A DNA stretch of 64,000 bases, taken from assembly GCA_001790525.1 (NCBI GenBank), contig MGCU01000023.1:5659-69658 (forward strand), read 5' to 3'. This DNA comes from Candidatus Saccharibacteria bacterium RIFCSPHIGHO2_12_FULL_47_16b. GTDB lineage: Bacteria; Patescibacteriota; Saccharimonadia; Saccharimonadales; UBA10212. Shown here in pieces: positions 60,077-64,000 of the stretch (position 1 is its first letter; each line of letters begins with the position of its first letter). The notes beneath the pieces are model-generated. The model made no database searches and was not told where the DNA came from. It saw only the letters and a list, made by a program, of their open reading frames with translations. The translations under genes were made by a program, and so were the position numbers.

Positions 60077-60191
60077 CAGACGCTCCCTTCGGTCGCTCAA
60101 ACAACAAAAAGCAAAAATCAAAAATCAAACTTTGGAATTTGAAATTTGAATTTTTTTTGAAGTTTGAAGTTTGGAGTTTGGAGTTTATCAC
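60063..60191 (-). other. Bridge mini-ORF 20 (rpoC to rpsL), 42 aa
   Basis: GTG overlaps rpoC TGA; MINSKLQTSNF...[12 protein letters not shown]; stop 14 nt into rpsL. Confidence 0.72.
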
Positions 60192-63100
60192 TGTTTCTCC
60201 TCTGTTTCAACTGGCTCCTCATCTGTTCTAGCACCTGTGCCGACTGGTATCAGCCGGCCTAAAATAACGTTTTCTTTCAAACCATAAAGCTTATCAACTT
60301 TACCGCTAGTAGCCGCGGCAATTAACACCCTGGTTGTATCCTGGAACGAGGCCGCACTTAAGAAGGAATCAGTGCTAAGCGAGGCTTTGGTTATACCGAG
60401 TAACAGCTGATTGTATTGAGCCGGTTTTTTCTTTTCTTTAACCAGCCTCTCATTAGCCTCAACCACTGCTAGTTTACTGACAATATCACCGGTAATAAAT
60501 TCGGAATCACCGGAATCTTCAATCTGCACCCGGCTGAACATTTGCCGAATGATAACTTCCAGGTGTTTATCGGCAATCGTCTGACCTTGGCTGGCAAAGA
60601 TGTAAAGCACTTCGTTCATGATGTAACGTTGGGTTTCCTCAATACCAGATAGGCGCATCAGGTCATGCAGGTTAATAGAACCATTGGTTAAGCGTTGTCC
60701 AGCTTCAACAATATCGCCGTCTTTGACAACTATCTGCCTAAAGCTTGGGATTTCGTATCGGACTACGCTTTTGGCGGTTGGCGTAATGGCAATAATCTTT
60801 TTACCTAGTTTAACTTTGCCGACTGTCGTCGCCAGTAGCGGCTCACTGCCGTCTTCGACGGCGGCGATAACATCTCCGATATTGACTTCATCGCCATCGG
60901 CAACTTTAGCAATTCTTTCACCAAGCGTTACTTCTACCGGCTTGCGCTTTTTAGCGGTAATTTGGACTATGTACTGCTCGTCTTCTTCCCAGGTGTTAAC
61001 CGTGCCGGTGATATCAGCCAAATAGGCTTGACCTTTTGGTGTGCGAACTTCCAGAATTTCCTCAACGCGGGTTAGGCCTTGGGTAACGTCATCGCCAGCC
61101 GTAACGGCGCCGGCCCGGTGCTTGGAATCGAGTGACAGCTGGGTGCCTGGCTCGCCAATACTTTGAGCAGCGATTACGCCAATTGGATAATCGCTAGCAA
61201 CCAGCCGGCCGGTAGCCAAATCAAGCCCATAGGATTTGCGGCTGACGCCGCGGACTGACTCGCAAGATAAAACGCTCATAATTCGGACTGTTTCAATCGA
61301 ACTATCTTCACCGATAGCCCGGGCCGCTTCCGGCGTAATCATCTCACCGGCTTTAACATAGCGTTTAACATTTTCGGCTGCGTAGCGGCCAGCCAAGCGG
61401 TTGCCAAAATTGACATTAATATTTTCGGAATCACTGCGGTAAATTGGAAAGCCACCATCTTCGGCTTCGGGTTCGACAGTGAAGACATCTTGGGCTACAT
61501 CAACCAAACGTCTGGTTAGGTAGCCGGAGTCGGCTGTTCTTAGAGCAATGTCAATCAAAGACTTACGTGTGCCTCGGGTAGCCGTAAAGTACTCTAGCGG
61601 CGTCAAGCCATACTTATAGTTGGAACGTACCGGCAGCTCAATCGCCCGACCAGTCGCATCAGCAAACATACCGAGCATTCCGACTGATTTTTTCATCTGC
61701 GAAATGTTGCCACGCGCGCCGCTAGCTACGGCAATCGACATAGTGTTATCCTCGGTTGCAAATTGCTCGGCCAGAGCTTGCTCGACTTTTGTATCAACGT
61801 CAGTCCAGGTATCAACCGTTAAGCGATAGCGCTCGTCATCAGTGATAAAGCCTTCAGCATACTGGCGGGAAATTTCGGTAGCCTTGGCTTCGCCCTGACT
61901 GACAATTGATTGCAAGTCTTTAAGGTCGCTAAAGTCATCCATGCCAATAGACAGTCCCGAATAAGTCGCAAAGTAAAAGCCTAGGTCTTTCAAGTCGTCA
62001 GCTATCAAGGCTGTCTGATCTTGACCATATTTCTCGTAAACTGCCGACATGACTTTTTCCAGTTTTTTATTGGTCATAGCTTCGTTTTGAAAAGCAAAGT
62101 CTTCTGGAAAGATTTCGTTAAAGATTAAACGCCCGACTGTGGTATCTCTTAGTTGGCCTCGATATGGCACCTCAACCCGACTTTGCAGATTAAGCTTACG
62201 CTCGTCAAGAGCTTTTAAGACTTCCTCGTAGCTGCTGTAGACAATCGCCTTCTGGGCCTGTCCGCCATGTCGCTCGTAGGTTAGGTAGTAACAACCAAGC
62301 ACGATGTCTTGCTCAACATGCAAGATAGGCGAGCCATCGGCCGGCTTAAGCAAGTTGCGATTAGAAGCCATGATCTCGTGAGCTTCTTTTTGCGAAGCTT
62401 CGCCAAGTGGCAAGTGAACCGCCATTTGATCGCCATCAAAATCGGCGTTAAAGCCTTTGCAAACCAAGGGGTGTAGTTGAATGGCCTTACCTTCAATTAA
62501 AACCGGCTGAAAGGCTTGGATACTCAAGCGGTGTAAGCTTGGCGCCCGGTTAAGTAGAACGTACTTATCTTTAATGACTTCATCCAGCGCATCCCAGACG
62601 GCTGACTCGCTAGTTTCAATCATCCGAGTAGCACTGCGAATATTATGGGCCAGCTCTTTATCAATTAGATGGCCAATCACAAACGGTTTAAACAGCTCCA
62701 AGGCCATGGTCTTAGGCAGACCACACTGATACATCTTAAGTTCTGGTCCAGAGACGATCACACTTCGACCAGAATAATCTACGCGCTTGCCAAGCAGGTT
62801 TTGGCGAAAACGACCCTGTTTGCCGCGCAACATATCGCTTAAAGATTTTAGGCGGCGGCGCTGGCCAGTGGCCGCCACGGCTCGACCGCTTCGGGCATTA
62901 CTGTTGTCGATCAAAGCATCGACCGCTTCTTGCAGCATACGCATTTCATTACGTCGGATAACCTCCGGCGCTTTGAGTTCGATCAATTTTTTTAACCGGT
63001 TATTACGGTTAATCACCCGCCGATACAGATCGTTAAGGTCGGAAGTGGCAAACCGGCCACCGGTCAATTGCACCATCGGCCGCAGATCCGGCGGGATAAC

Positions 63101-63997
63101 CGGCAACACCGACAGACACATGCTGGACGGTTTAATACCAGCCCGCTGCATACTCTCGAGTAGGCGCAAGCGCTTCATAATTTTTTTCTTGCGCTGGCCG
63201 CGGGCGTCTTCGGCTTCTTTAGATAAATCGTCGATTAATTTAGCAATGTCAATTTCATCAAGCAGCTGTTTTAAAGCCTCGCCGCCCATGCCGACTTTAA
63301 TCAGCGACTGCAGCTCGTTTGGCAGGGCCCGATAGTCAGTTTCGGTCAGCAGGTTCAGTTTTTCCAACATATTAATTTGAGTCCGCCAGGCCTCGGCTTG
63401 GCTGGTTAGTTCTTCTAGCTCCTTATTGTAAGTGGCAGCTAGCTCCTTAATATCGGCGTCTTTTTTGGCAGCTGCTTTGTCATGTCGAGACTTGATAGCC
63501 GCTTCGGCAGCTTTGAATTCGGCTTCTTTATCGTCAACCAGCTTTTGCTTCTTGTCGGCCTCGATATCAGTGATGATGTAACTGGCAAAATAAGCGATTT
63601 TTTCCAAACTCTTGACGGTCAGGCCAAGCAGCAAGCCAATGGCGCTCGGCGTGCCGCGCAAAAACCAAATGTGGGCTACCGGCGAGGCCAGGCTGATATG
63701 GCCCATCCGCTCCCGGCGGACGATGCTGCGAGTAACAATTTCGCCTCTCTTATCAACTGCCATATCCCGACTGCGGATGCCTTTATATTTAGCATCGTGC
63801 GGATTGATGTCTTTAACCGGTCCAAAGATTCGCTCATCAAACAAGCCGTCGCGTTCCGGCTTTTGCGTTCGGTAGTTAATGGTCTCCGGCTTGGTTATTT
63901 CGCCGTAGCTCCATTCCAATATGTCATCAGCGCTAGCGATGGCTAAGCGAACAGCATCAAAATCGGCAATGTTAGTTCCAGGAGCGTAATAACGCAC
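60188..63997 (-). CDS. rpoC: RNA polymerase beta' subunit
   Basis: NADFDGD, GKRVDYSGRSVI, SAASFQ. Confidence 0.98.
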   Translation of the reverse strand: MRYYAPGTNIADFDAVRLAIASADDILEWSYGEITKPETINYRTQKPERDGLFDERIFGPVKDINPHDAKYKGIRSRDMAVDKRGEIVTRSIVRRERMGHISLASPVAHIWFLRGTPSAIGLLLGLTVKSLEKIAYFASYIITDIEADKKQKLVDDKEAEFKAAEAAIKSRHDKAAAKKDADIKELAATYNKELEELTSQAEAWRTQINMLEKLNLLTETDYRALPNELQSLIKVGMGGEALKQLLDEIDIAKLIDDLSKEAEDARGQRKKKIMKRLRLLESMQRAGIKPSSMCLSVLPVIPPDLRPMVQLTGGRFATSDLNDLYRRVINRNNRLKKLIELKAPEVIRRNEMRMLQEAVDALIDNSNARSGRAVAATGQRRRLKSLSDMLRGKQGRFRQNLLGKRVDYSGRSVIVSGPELKMYQCGLPKTMALELFKPFVIGHLIDKELAHNIRSATRMIETSESAVWDALDEVIKDKYVLLNRAPSLHRLSIQAFQPVLIEGKAIQLHPLVCKGFNADFDGDQMAVHLPLGEASQKEAHEIMASNRNLLKPADGSPILHVEQDIVLGCYYLTYERHGGQAQKAIVYSSYEEVLKALDERKLNLQSRVEVPYRGQLRDTTVGRLIFNEIFPEDFAFQNEAMTNKKLEKVMSAVYEKYGQDQTALIADDLKDLGFYFATYSGLSIGMDDFSDLKDLQSIVSQGEAKATEISRQYAEGFITDDERYRLTVDTWTDVDTKVEQALAEQFATEDNTMSIAVASGARGNISQMKKSVGMLGMFADATGRAIELPVRSNYKYGLTPLEYFTATRGTRKSLIDIALRTADSGYLTRRLVDVAQDVFTVEPEAEDGGFPIYRSDSENINVNFGNRLAGRYAAENVKRYVKAGEMITPEAARAIGEDSSIETVRIMSVLSCESVRGVSRKSYGLDLATGRLVASDYPIGVIAAQSIGEPGTQLSLDSKHRAGAVTAGDDVTQGLTRVEEILEVRTPKGQAYLADITGTVNTWEEDEQYIVQITAKKRKPVEVTLGERIAKVADGDEVNIGDVIAAVEDGSEPLLATTVGKVKLGKKIIAITPTAKSVVRYEIPSFRQIVVKDGDIVEAGQRLTNGSINLHDLMRLSGIEETQRYIMNEVLYIFASQGQTIADKHLEVIIRQMFSRVQIEDSGDSEFITGDIVSKLAVVEANERLVKEKKKPAQYNQLLLGITKASLSTDSFLSAASFQDTTRVLIAAATSGKVDKLYGLKENVILGRLIPVGTGARTDEEPVETEEKQ

Positions 63998-64000
63998 TAG

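Overview
64-kb chromosomal window from a CPR/Patescibacteria bacterium, probably Saccharimonadia-like (inferred from gene content, no rpmD/L30 between rpsE and rplO, and many apparently leaderless genes). It holds rpoC, the str/S10/spc/alpha ribosomal operons, secE-nusG-rplK-rplA, rplJ-rplL, replication genes (dnaX, dnaB, holB, recR), nucleotide genes (pyrD/E/F, prs, dcd, dCMP deaminase, tmk), cysS, trpS and five intact tRNAs. The main unexplained structure is about 20 intergenic elements built from 7-nt-period imperfect repeats. Translated by hand, each is a 19-80 codon 'bridge' mini-ORF that starts on or just after the upstream stop codon and ends on the downstream start codon. 19 of 20 are open. 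Most carry a start-codon hairpin at the 5' end and a conserved SD-containing hairpin at the 3' end. Also seen: a 72-bp insertion element in three copies, two of them in frame inside bridge ORFs; a tRNA-Gln gene interrupted three times, with an intact second tRNA-Gln nested in its anticodon loop; a repeat-delimited orphan-gene array downstream of tRNA-Tyr; tandem Trp-attenuator-like leaders before trpS; and orphan genes inserted in the str operon. Products are recognised from motifs and synteny only; no database search was run.
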